From a virus (taxonomy: Duplodnaviria; Caudoviricetes), in the IMG/VR virus record IMGVR_UViG_3300008262_003210: 64,000 nucleotides of DNA; one strand, written 5' to 3'. The position numbers and the translations under genes are program-made. Positions 25,514-33,764 of this stretch are shown one piece after another. Positions within the stretch are counted from its first letter, which is position 1, and every line of letters begins with the position of its first letter. Below the pieces are notes generated by a model. It did no database searches, had not been told where the DNA came from, and saw nothing but the letters and a program-made list of their open reading frames with translations.

Positions 25514-26369
25514 AATTAAAATAGCAGAACTGTTTTACAGTATCCAAGGTGAAGGTAGGTACATGGGTGTACCTAGTGTCTTTTTACGTACATTTGGATG
25601 TAACTTCAAATGTGCAGGCTTCGGTATGCCACGTGATACAATTAGTATTGAAGCAGACGATATTGCATACACACATGCAAATATTGAGTCATTTCAAAAG
25701 TATGAAGACTTGCCGTTAGTATCTACAGGTTGCGACAGCTATGCAAGTTGGCATCCTGCGTTTAAAGATTTATCTCCAATGCTAACTAGCGATGCTATTG
25801 CTGATCGCATTGCAGAAATTATTCCGCACGGTGAATGGAAGGACGAGCATCTCGTCATCACTGGAGGTGAGCCATTGCTCGGTTGGCAACGTGCTTATCC
25901 AGACTTGCTACGTCATCCTAAGATGGCCGGTCTTAAAGAAATTACATTTGAAACAAATGGTACTCAGAAATTAACAGAAGAGTTTAAAGAATATCTAGTA
26001 GAATGGCAAATGCCTAACTTGGATTTTGCTAGAGAAGTTACATTTAGTGTAAGTGCTAAACTTCCATGTAGTGGAGAAAAGTGGGATGAAGCTATTCTTC
26101 CAGAAGTGGTTTGCGAATATGAACAAGTTGGTACAGCATACTTGAAGTTTGTTATTGCTACAGAACAAGACTTTGCTGATGCCGAATGTGCTATCGGCGC
26201 ATATCGTGCTGCAGGATTTAAAGGACATATTTATCTAATGCCAGTAGGCGGTGTTGAAAGTGTTTATGCACTAAACAATCGTACAGTAGCAGACTTAGCA
26301 ATGAAGAATGGCTTGCGCTACAGTGATAGGTTGCAAGTGCCGTTATTTAAAAACGAGTGGGGTACTTAA
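25506..26369 (+). CDS. queE: 7-carboxy-7-deazaguanine synthase (radical SAM)
   Basis: ELFYSIQGEG, FLRTFGCNFKC..GCDS, VITGGEP, ETNGT, SVSAK and LKFVI. Confidence 0.9.
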   Translation: MSKIKIAELFYSIQGEGRYMGVPSVFLRTFGCNFKCAGFGMPRDTISIEADDIAYTHANIESFQKYEDLPLVSTGCDSYASWHPAFKDLSPMLTSDAIADRIAEIIPHGEWKDEHLVITGGEPLLGWQRAYPDLLRHPKMAGLKEITFETNGTQKLTEEFKEYLVEWQMPNLDFAREVTFSVSAKLPCSGEKWDEAILPEVVCEYEQVGTAYLKFVIATEQDFADAECAIGAYRAAGFKGHIYLMPVGGVESVYALNNRTVADLAMKNGLRYSDRLQVPLFKNEWGT

Positions 26370-26659
26370 TGAACCTTTGGCAAAAAGTTAAAGACTTCTG
26401 GATTCGAAGTTACACTAGTGATCGTCGTGCATTTTACTACGAGACTGTTGCCAGTGCCTGTGTATTTGTATCTATGACATGGATCAGTGTTACTGCACAA
26501 CACCCACCAATGCATTTAATTTATCCAGTAAGTTTTTTTGGTGCTGTTTTTAGTATCTTGGCATTTACTAGAAGAGGAGCTGGTTGGCCGCTAGTGATGA
26601 CTTGTTACTTTGCTTGTTTACATATATTTGGGTTCGGAAGAGCCATGGGGTGGTATTAA
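26369..26659 (+). CDS. small three-helix membrane protein
   Basis: Hydrophobic ORF, TAATG-coupled to queE. Confidence 0.65.
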   Translation: MNLWQKVKDFWIRSYTSDRRAFYYETVASACVFVSMTWISVTAQHPPMHLIYPVSFFGAVFSILAFTRRGAGWPLVMTCYFACLHIFGFGRAMGWY

Positions 26660-26660
26660 T

Positions 26661-27092
26661 ATGAAAAAATTTTTAAAACGAATTCTTGGAATTGATAAGT
26701 TAGAAAAAGAAAAAGAAGAACTTCAAGCTGTAAGAGATAAAGCAGTAGCAGAAGCAGTAAGAGCTAAGGAAGCAGAGGAACTGGCTAAATTAACTCCAAA
26801 GGATCGTGCTACTAAAAAAGGCGAGCCTTGGGTAGCTGTACTAGATACTAAAATTAATAAAGATAATGTTCGCAACGGTTTCTTTGAATTAGATTGGAAC
26901 GAACATTTTATAACAGAACTCAAAAAAGCTGGGTATGGTTATGACGGTGATCCTGAAGAAGAAATTGTTGATCGTTGGTTCAGAGATCTTGCTGCAAACA
27001 TGCTAGCCGAAGCAGGACAAGATCCTAGTAGACACAATGCAGGTTACATAAATGTAACTAAACTTGCAGACGGAAAAGCAGTTATAGAATGA
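26661..27092 (+). CDS. hypothetical protein
   Basis: ATG 26661 in the 26610 frame. Confidence 0.7.
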   Translation: MKKFLKRILGIDKLEKEKEELQAVRDKAVAEAVRAKEAEELAKLTPKDRATKKGEPWVAVLDTKINKDNVRNGFFELDWNEHFITELKKAGYGYDGDPEEEIVDRWFRDLAANMLAEAGQDPSRHNAGYINVTKLADGKAVIE

Positions 27093-27667
27093 AAATAATT
27101 GAAAGTAACGACTATATTGATTTGTACGATTGGTCTTCTTTAATAAAACAAGAAGATAACGAACAAATTAAAAATATATCTAAAGGCATTATTGATTCTG
27201 GAAACTATTTTACCAATAGTCCAAAGTTTCAAACCAAGCAAAATTTATTTGCTAGGCCAGAACGTGTTTTTTTAAAAATGCGTCAGAGTTTTATCTATAG
27301 TTGTTTTATGTATTTAGACAAAGAAGTTAAAATTAAAAACATCATGAGCTGGGTTTTTATGACTAACAACGAAACAGCCGAGGATAGGGATAATTTTTGG
27401 CACAATCATCATATCAGTGACAACAACGGAACTACTGATACACTTAGCGGTGTTTGGTATGTACACATTCCAAAAGTAGAAAATCAAGATATTACAGGAA
27501 CAGAGTTTTCTGTAAACCCAAAACCAAATTTTGAAGATACATATTTCTTAAAACCGAATCATTTGACATGGAACATATATTCTAGTAAACTGTGGCATAG
27601 ACCCGGTATTTGTGATACTAGCGAATATCGATTTGTTTTTGCCGCAGATATGGAATATTACAAATGA
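27089..27667 (+). CDS. putative 2OG-Fe(II) oxygenase-like protein
   Basis: WHNHH..LSGVWYVHIP..LWHRP..RFVFAAD jelly-roll pattern. Confidence 0.55.
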   Translation: MKIIESNDYIDLYDWSSLIKQEDNEQIKNISKGIIDSGNYFTNSPKFQTKQNLFARPERVFLKMRQSFIYSCFMYLDKEVKIKNIMSWVFMTNNETAEDRDNFWHNHHISDNNGTTDTLSGVWYVHIPKVENQDITGTEFSVNPKPNFEDTYFLKPNHLTWNIYSSKLWHRPGICDTSEYRFVFAADMEYYK

Positions 27668-28650
27668 CATACATTCTGGTTGATACAGCCAATACATTCT
27701 TTCGTGCTAGGCACGTAGTTCAAGGCTCTGCTGACATTAAGTTGGGCATGGCATTTCATATTACTTTTAATAGTATTAAAAAGGCTTGGAACGATTTCGA
27801 AGGCAGTCATGTTGTATTCTGTCTCGAAGGTCGCTCGTGGCGTAAAGATTTTTACAAGCCATATAAAGCTAATAGGCAAGAAACTCGTGCGGCAATGACA
27901 CAACGAGAACAAGATGAAGATAAATTGTTCTGGGAAGCCTTTGACGAGTTTAAAAACTTCATTCAAGAAAAGACTAACTGCACAGTATTACACCATCCAC
28001 AACTAGAAGCAGATGACTTGATTGCTGGGTTTATACAAAATCATCCTGAAGACAAACATGTCATCATTTCAACTGACAGTGATTTTTATCAATTGATTGC
28101 GCCTAATGTAAGTCAGTACAACGGCGTACAGGAACATCATATCACACACGAAGGAATCTTTGATGCAAAAGGTAAACGTGTTAAAGACAAGAAAACAGGC
28201 GAAGATAAAGCAGTACCAAATCCAGAATGGCTCTTGTTTGAAAAATGTATGCGTGGTGATACCAGTGATAATGTCTTCTCGGCGTACCCGGGTGTACGTG
28301 TTAAAGGTACTAAAAACAAAGTTGGTCTTACTGAAGCGTTCGAAGATCGTAAAAGCAAAGGATTTGCGTGGAACAATCTCATGCTGCAGAGATGGGTTGA
28401 CCACAATGGACAAGAGCATAGAGTCTTAGAAGATTACAATCGTAATGTTACTCTAGTCGATTTAAAAGCACAACCAGACGACATTAAAACACTTATTAAC
28501 AAAACTATCGAAGTTGATTGCGTTCCAAAAGATGTTACACAAGTTGGCATTCGTATGCTTAAATTCTGTAATACATGGGACATGAAAAAGATTGCAGATA
28601 ACATTCAGCAATATGCTGAGCCATTCCAAGCAAAATATCAGGGAGAATAA
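27664..28650 (+). CDS. rnh: RNase H / 5'-3' exonuclease (T4 rnh-like, FEN fold)
   Basis: LVDTAN, EADDLIA, STDSDFYQL and GDTSDNV. Confidence 0.88.
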   Translation: MTYILVDTANTFFRARHVVQGSADIKLGMAFHITFNSIKKAWNDFEGSHVVFCLEGRSWRKDFYKPYKANRQETRAAMTQREQDEDKLFWEAFDEFKNFIQEKTNCTVLHHPQLEADDLIAGFIQNHPEDKHVIISTDSDFYQLIAPNVSQYNGVQEHHITHEGIFDAKGKRVKDKKTGEDKAVPNPEWLLFEKCMRGDTSDNVFSAYPGVRVKGTKNKVGLTEAFEDRKSKGFAWNNLMLQRWVDHNGQEHRVLEDYNRNVTLVDLKAQPDDIKTLINKTIEVDCVPKDVTQVGIRMLKFCNTWDMKKIADNIQQYAEPFQAKYQGE

Positions 28651-28651
28651 C

Positions 28652-29146
28652 ATGGCAAACTGGAAAGTATCCACGTATTATAAAAAATCATGCGAAGAGC
28701 ATGAACTTTATACTAAAGACGGAATGACTATTCGCCGTAAAACAGGTTTCCGCTGGGCTAATTTCTATGTTGAAACGTCCGACGACAATCCGCCAGAATT
28801 TGAATTTGATTTTGTTCCTGGCGGTGATGGCAAAAAAGACAGCCTTGACATGTATAACTTGTCAGGACCAAATATTGAAAGTTCCGAACTCGAAGGCATG
28901 AATGACGGCTGTTGGGAAGAGTATGAGTGGCCCGAAGAGATGGACGAGGAAGAACAAGAACGATTACAAGAACTTATTGACGAAAGCAGCGCATACGAAG
29001 CATTAGAAGATGAAGAAGGTTGGATGTTAGATGAAAGCCAAGCATGGTGCTGGGGTCCAATTCTTATCGAAGATGAAAAAGGCAATCAAGTTAAAATTGT
29101 TATTGCCGACGAAGATGGAAACTGTGTAGAGTTCAAGGACGAATAA
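28652..29146 (+). CDS. highly acidic hypothetical protein
   Basis: GGAG SD with ATG 28652; D/E-rich. Confidence 0.7.
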   Translation: MANWKVSTYYKKSCEEHELYTKDGMTIRRKTGFRWANFYVETSDDNPPEFEFDFVPGGDGKKDSLDMYNLSGPNIESSELEGMNDGCWEEYEWPEEMDEEEQERLQELIDESSAYEALEDEEGWMLDESQAWCWGPILIEDEKGNQVKIVIADEDGNCVEFKDE

Positions 29147-29149
29147 TAT

Positions 29150-29296
29150 ATGAAGTGCGAAACATGTGGCGAAAATATTAAAATGGACTGTAACTGGAAG
29201 CAAGGAAGGTGCCCGCATATTCCTCCCATGCTAACAAGTTATCACTTTAGATATTATAATTTGGTACAGTGGATCAAAGGGCTTTTTAAGAGATAA
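29150..29296 (+). CDS. 48-aa Cys-rich (putative Zn-binding) protein (absent from the supplied ORF track)
   Basis: MKCETCGENIKMDCNWKQGRCPH.. Confidence 0.55.
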   Translation: MKCETCGENIKMDCNWKQGRCPHIPPMLTSYHFRYYNLVQWIKGLFKR

Positions 29297-29308
29297 ATAT
29301 ATGCGTAC
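29291..29308 (+). repeat. 18-bp direct repeat, copy 1, containing a late-promoter core
   Basis: AGATAAATATATGCGTAC, identical to 30063-30080. Confidence 0.85.
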
Positions 29309-29349
29309 ATTACTAAGGTGCCTTAGGGGCCTGGTAAAAGGAGACTAAA

Positions 29350-29829
29350 ATGACAGAGATACATGCCAAACCCATTGTAGATGGAAAATTTTGGATCGTC
29401 GAGCAAGACGGTAATAAAATAGCTATCCTACACAAAAAAGAAAACAACAAATTTTTGTTATCTAGTTCTAACGGCGAAGTAATGTTTAATAAAAAAGACG
29501 ACCTTACTAAAGAATTTGGTAAAGATTTTTTTATTAAAAATGAAAAAATAAAAGTTACTGCTGTTGAACAAAATGAATGTCACGGATATGCAACATCATG
29601 CAAACCTTTCAATCCTATGTATGACGTTCAAAGAAGATTGCCATTGTTTACAAAATCAAATGCCAGTAAAAGTCTTTACTGTGCTGGATACTATATCATC
29701 AAGTTTGATAAAGGTTGGGTAAAAAGTCATTGCCCTAAACTTATAACTATTGAACGTTATCCGTATAAAGGTCCTTTCAAAACAGAATTTGAAATGAAAC
29801 AGGTACTTGCAAATGCAAAATCAAATTAA
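29350..29829 (+). CDS. hypothetical protein
   Basis: 159-aa ORF with AGGAG SD. Confidence 0.75.
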   Translation: MTEIHAKPIVDGKFWIVEQDGNKIAILHKKENNKFLLSSSNGEVMFNKKDDLTKEFGKDFFIKNEKIKVTAVEQNECHGYATSCKPFNPMYDVQRRLPLFTKSNASKSLYCAGYYIIKFDKGWVKSHCPKLITIERYPYKGPFKTEFEMKQVLANAKSN

Positions 29830-30061
29830 TTTAACGCCCGTAACACAATTTATACAACAAGTTCGTTCAGCAGAACAAACTCAAAATAAAGAAGTTAAAA
29901 TGAGTATTCAACAAGCAAGGATGCTTGTTCTGACATTAGCAGAATGCATAGATAAACTTAATAAAGACTATGAAATGCTGTTTAACGACTTAAAACGTAG
30001 TGTTGATACTGAAATAGTAAGCGTTTCTATGGACGGTGGCGGGTTCGAAGAACAGAAATAA
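29807..30061 (+). CDS. hypothetical protein
   Basis: 84-aa ORF. Confidence 0.65.
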   Translation: MQMQNQINLTPVTQFIQQVRSAEQTQNKEVKMSIQQARMLVLTLAECIDKLNKDYEMLFNDLKRSVDTEIVSVSMDGGGFEEQK

Positions 30062-30062
30062 A

Positions 30063-30099
30063 AGATAAATATATGCGTACTTATTTAGAGACGCATATA
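30063..30099 (+). promoter_or_regulatory. 18-bp repeat copy 2: late promoter embedded in a 9-bp hairpin abutting the start codon
   Basis: TAAATA at 30066-30071; arms TATATGCGT (30070-30078) and ACGCATATA (30091-30099); ATG at 30101. Confidence 0.65.
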
Positions 30100-30100
30100 C

Positions 30101-30385
30101 ATGAGTAGACCTAAACCAAAAGTTTTATTAGAACATACTAATAAAAAAACTTACAAATCGGAACAGATTTTAGAAGCTGACGCAATCTGGGCAGTTTTCT
30201 ACAAAAACGAGCCTTTTAATTTAAAGAGCTTTAATAGCCTCACGTCCTATCCTGGACCAAAATATAAAAAAGTTTCATTTAGTAATCCTGGCCATGCTCA
30301 CAACCTTGCTAAAAAATTAAATTTAACATTTGGAACAACAGATTTCCAAGTTGTTAAATTAACTTCTGGCACTATCATAAAATGA
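30101..30385 (+). CDS. hypothetical protein
   Basis: 94-aa ORF. Confidence 0.75.
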   Translation: MSRPKPKVLLEHTNKKTYKSEQILEADAIWAVFYKNEPFNLKSFNSLTSYPGPKYKKVSFSNPGHAHNLAKKLNLTFGTTDFQVVKLTSGTIIK

Positions 30386-30789
30386 TCCCAAGAGATGTTC
30401 TTACCAAAGTTTTTTTAAAACAGTGGGGTAAGAGTACAGACAACGCCAACGTGCAACTTTATTCGCATAAATGGTGGCAATCAAATCGTGTAAACAAGCA
30501 AAATGCTTTTCGATTAACAGAAGATGGTTTCAACTTTTTGGTTAACGATTTGGAATTACAAAATTACGAAATTCCATTTACTGAACCAATTGAACTTAGT
30601 CCCCAAACAATTATATTTTTGGAAAAATATATTGACTGTCCTTATTTTTTAACTAACCAAAGTATTACAGTTTTTTCCGAAAAAAAATCATTTGAACTGT
30701 ATTTGTTTTCAGACGATATACGCAAATTTGGACTAATTAAAGCCATGAATGAGCGTCAGAAAGATTTGGATAACGAAAAAAGCAGTTGA
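30382..30789 (+). CDS. hypothetical protein
   Basis: 135-aa ORF with ATGA overlap. Confidence 0.75.
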   Translation: MIPRDVLTKVFLKQWGKSTDNANVQLYSHKWWQSNRVNKQNAFRLTEDGFNFLVNDLELQNYEIPFTEPIELSPQTIIFLEKYIDCPYFLTNQSITVFSEKKSFELYLFSDDIRKFGLIKAMNERQKDLDNEKSS

Positions 30790-30814
30790 CAAGACCTGCC
30801 CTGAGTGCTATAAT
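30786..30814 (+). promoter_or_regulatory. consensus sigma70 promoter
   Basis: TTGACA-17 nt-TATAAT. Confidence 0.85.
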
Positions 30815-30864
30815 ACATACATAGCGTAACAAATTCATCCGCCCTCTTTTTGAAAGGTAATACC

Positions 30865-31956
30865 ATGGCAGAAATCGTTAGTCGTACTGTAGGCCCTAAA
30901 GGCGCTAAAAAGTCCCTACGCAAGGCATTTAAAAACAAGCGTCCAATTTTCCTGTGGGGTCCTCCAGGAATTGGTAAATCTGATATTATTAAACAACTCG
31001 GAGAAGAGTTGGATGCACACGTCATCGATGTGCGTCTTAGTTTGTGGGAACCTACAGACATTAAAGGTATTCCTTACTTTGACTCAAACTCAAATAAAAT
31101 GGTTTGGGCTCCTCCTAGCGAATTGCCAGATGCTGAAATGGCAAAGCAACATAAACAAATTGTTTTGTTTATGGACGAAATGAACTCTGCGGCTCCTGCT
31201 GTACAGGCTGCGGCTTATCAGTTGGTTTTGAACCGCCGTGTTGGCACATATACACTTCCCGACAATGTTGTGATGGTTGCAGCTGGTAACCGTGAAAGCG
31301 ACAAAGGTGTTACTTATCGTATGCCTGCTCCGCTGGCTAACCGCTTTGTTCACTTGGAAATGGCAATTGACTGGGACGACTGGCAAGAATGGGCTGTTGA
31401 AAATCGCATCCATAAAGATGTAGTTGGTTTCCTTACTTTTTCTAAAAAGGACTTGTACGACTTTGATCCTAAATCCGCTAGTCGTGCATTTGCTACACCG
31501 CGTAGCTGGTCGTTTGTAAGCGAGTTGCTGTTTGATGACGACTGCGATGTTGATACACTAACTGACCTAACTTCGGGTGCAGTTGGTGAAGGACTGGCTG
31601 TTAAGTTTATGGCACATCGTAAACATGCCAGCAAGATGCCTAACCCTACTGATATTTTGAGCGGTAAGGTTAAGAAAATGGAATCTAAAGAAATTTCAGC
31701 ACAATACTCTTTGGTTGTTAGTCTATGCTACGAACTCAAAGATGCTTGCGATAAAAATGTCAAGAATTGGAACGACCAAGTAAATTGCTTCTTCCAGTTT
31801 ATGATGGATAATTTCGAAACTGAGCTTGTTATTATGGGTACTAAACTTGCCCTAAGTACTTACAAGTTGCCTTTGGATCCGGACGAGATTCAATGTTTCG
31901 ATGATTTCCATGCAAAATTTGGTAAGTATATTGCACAGGCAACCGAAAAACAATAA
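30865..31956 (+). CDS. MoxR-like AAA+ ATPase
   Basis: Walker A GPPGIGKS, Walker B LFMDEMN, AAGNRESD and LANRFVH. Confidence 0.88.
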   Translation: MAEIVSRTVGPKGAKKSLRKAFKNKRPIFLWGPPGIGKSDIIKQLGEELDAHVIDVRLSLWEPTDIKGIPYFDSNSNKMVWAPPSELPDAEMAKQHKQIVLFMDEMNSAAPAVQAAAYQLVLNRRVGTYTLPDNVVMVAAGNRESDKGVTYRMPAPLANRFVHLEMAIDWDDWQEWAVENRIHKDVVGFLTFSKKDLYDFDPKSASRAFATPRSWSFVSELLFDDDCDVDTLTDLTSGAVGEGLAVKFMAHRKHASKMPNPTDILSGKVKKMESKEISAQYSLVVSLCYELKDACDKNVKNWNDQVNCFFQFMMDNFETELVIMGTKLALSTYKLPLDPDEIQCFDDFHAKFGKYIAQATEKQ

Positions 31957-31957
31957 G

Positions 31958-31986
31958 TTGACAGGACCTTAGGGTCCTGTTAAACT
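31958..31986 (+). promoter_or_regulatory. sigma70 promoter with a palindrome filling the spacer
   Basis: TTGACA-17 nt-TAAACT; ACAGGACC-TTAG-GGTCCTGT at 31961-31980. Confidence 0.65.
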
Positions 31987-32016
31987 ATACACATAGCAAA
32001 ATTTAGGAGCAGACAC

Positions 32017-33204
32017 ATGGCACATGCCGACCCAATTATTGATAAAATTATTGTAGCACGAGTAGGTCTACTACTACGTCACCCTTTCTTTGGTAACTTG
32101 GCTACCCGTATGCAAATTAAAGAAGCAGACGACTGGCTTCCTACTGCAGCTACTGACGGGCGCCACATATTTTTTAATCGCAAATTTTTCGAACCACTAA
32201 CTGTCAAACAAGTTGAGTTCGTCATTGCTCACGAAATTCTTCATGCTGTTTTTGAACACATGACTAGAAGAGAAGGTCGTGACCCAAAAATCTTTAATAT
32301 TGCCTGCGACTATGCTGTCAATGGACAAATTGTGCGCGACCGTATTGGAGACCATAATTTGCCAGATATCAAAATTTTCCATGATACAAAATATTACGGC
32401 TGGTCGGCTGAACAAGTGTACGATGAAATTTACGAAAAATACGATGACGAACAATTAGCCGCTCTTGGACAAATGCTAGACGAACATCTGGATTCTGAAG
32501 GCAACAACAGCAAAGATGGCCAACCTAAGTATAGCAAAGACGAGCTGAAAAAAATCCGAGACGAGATGCGCGAAGCTGTAATGCAAGCTGCACAAGCCGC
32601 AGGTGCTGGCAATGTTCCTGCTAACATTGCTCGAATGATTAAAGAGCTTACAGAGCCTAAAATGAATTGGCGTGAAATGTTGCGTCAACAGATTCAAAGC
32701 ATCATTAAAAACGATTATACATTCATGCGTCCTAACCGCAAGGGCTGGCATATGAGTGCAATTCTTCCAGGAACTAACTACGATGAAACAATTGATATCT
32801 GCATAGCAATTGATATGAGTGGTAGTATTGGAGACGAACAGGCCAAAGATTTCTTGTCAGAGATCAAAGGCATTATGGAAGAATACAAAGACTTTAAAAT
32901 TAAATTGTGGTGTTTTGATACCAGCGTTTATAATGAAGCCGATTACGATGGTTATAACATGGACGAATTTATGAACTACGAGCCAATGGGCGGCGGTGGA
33001 ACCGACTTTGATGCAAATTGGGAATATATGAAAGAACATCAAATTCAACCCAAAAAGTTTATCATGTTTACAGACGGATATCCATATGGTTCTTGGGGTG
33101 ATGAGATGTATTGCGATACACTATTCATAATTCACGGAAATAATACTATTGTTCCTCCCTGGGGAGAATATGCGTATTACGAAGAAGCCAGGGAACTTGC
33201 ATAA
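32017..33204 (+). CDS. HExxH metallopeptidase-like plus VWA domain protein (DUF2201-like), partner of the MoxR ATPase
   Basis: TAATDG, AHEILH, MIDAS-type IDMSGS and GGGGTDF. Confidence 0.85.
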   Translation: MAHADPIIDKIIVARVGLLLRHPFFGNLATRMQIKEADDWLPTAATDGRHIFFNRKFFEPLTVKQVEFVIAHEILHAVFEHMTRREGRDPKIFNIACDYAVNGQIVRDRIGDHNLPDIKIFHDTKYYGWSAEQVYDEIYEKYDDEQLAALGQMLDEHLDSEGNNSKDGQPKYSKDELKKIRDEMREAVMQAAQAAGAGNVPANIARMIKELTEPKMNWREMLRQQIQSIIKNDYTFMRPNRKGWHMSAILPGTNYDETIDICIAIDMSGSIGDEQAKDFLSEIKGIMEEYKDFKIKLWCFDTSVYNEADYDGYNMDEFMNYEPMGGGGTDFDANWEYMKEHQIQPKKFIMFTDGYPYGSWGDEMYCDTLFIIHGNNTIVPPWGEYAYYEEARELA

Positions 33205-33491
33205 TGGCACTAAAAAACGGCAAACCAAATCCTTTAAATTATTTTAATATTAGACGGATTAGTTTTGCCGCGCCTCATTTTAAATATACAACAATAGAAA
33301 AATACAGCCCTTCTCTAATAAAAAATTTAGATGCTTGGATAAAGCATAATCTAAACAGTCGTTACTATATAGGGCAAGCACTTTCTTTAGACCATACTAA
33401 CAGTATTGTATATACTACAGAAATTGGTTTTGAATCTGAAAAAGAACTTAGCTTCTTCACGATTGCCTGTCCTTATCTCCAATTAAGATAA
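33204..33491 (+). CDS. hypothetical protein
   Basis: 95-aa ORF. Confidence 0.7.
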   Translation: MALKNGKPNPLNYFNIRRISFAAPHFKYTTIEKYSPSLIKNLDAWIKHNLNSRYYIGQALSLDHTNSIVYTTEIGFESEKELSFFTIACPYLQLR

Positions 33492-33519
33492 TTATATTTG
33501 TACTTTATAAGGAGATACC

Positions 33520-33762
33520 ATGACTGAAAACGTACCAGAACAAAAAGCAGTTGAACAAGCACCTGCACAGGCGCAAGCACCTAAGCAAGATCCAAACGAG
33601 CTTACACTTAATGACTTAAATGCAATGAAAGTTATTATTGATATTGCAAGCTCAAGAGGTGCATTTAAACCAGCAGAAATGACTGTTGTTGGACAAACAT
33701 ATACAAAATTAACAACATTTTTGGAACAAGTTTCTAAACAATCCGAAAAACAAGGAGCATAA
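33520..33762 (+). CDS. hypothetical protein
   Basis: 80-aa ORF with AGGAG SD. Confidence 0.75.
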   Translation: MTENVPEQKAVEQAPAQAQAPKQDPNELTLNDLNAMKVIIDIASSRGAFKPAEMTVVGQTYTKLTTFLEQVSKQSEKQGA

Positions 33763-33764
33763 TT

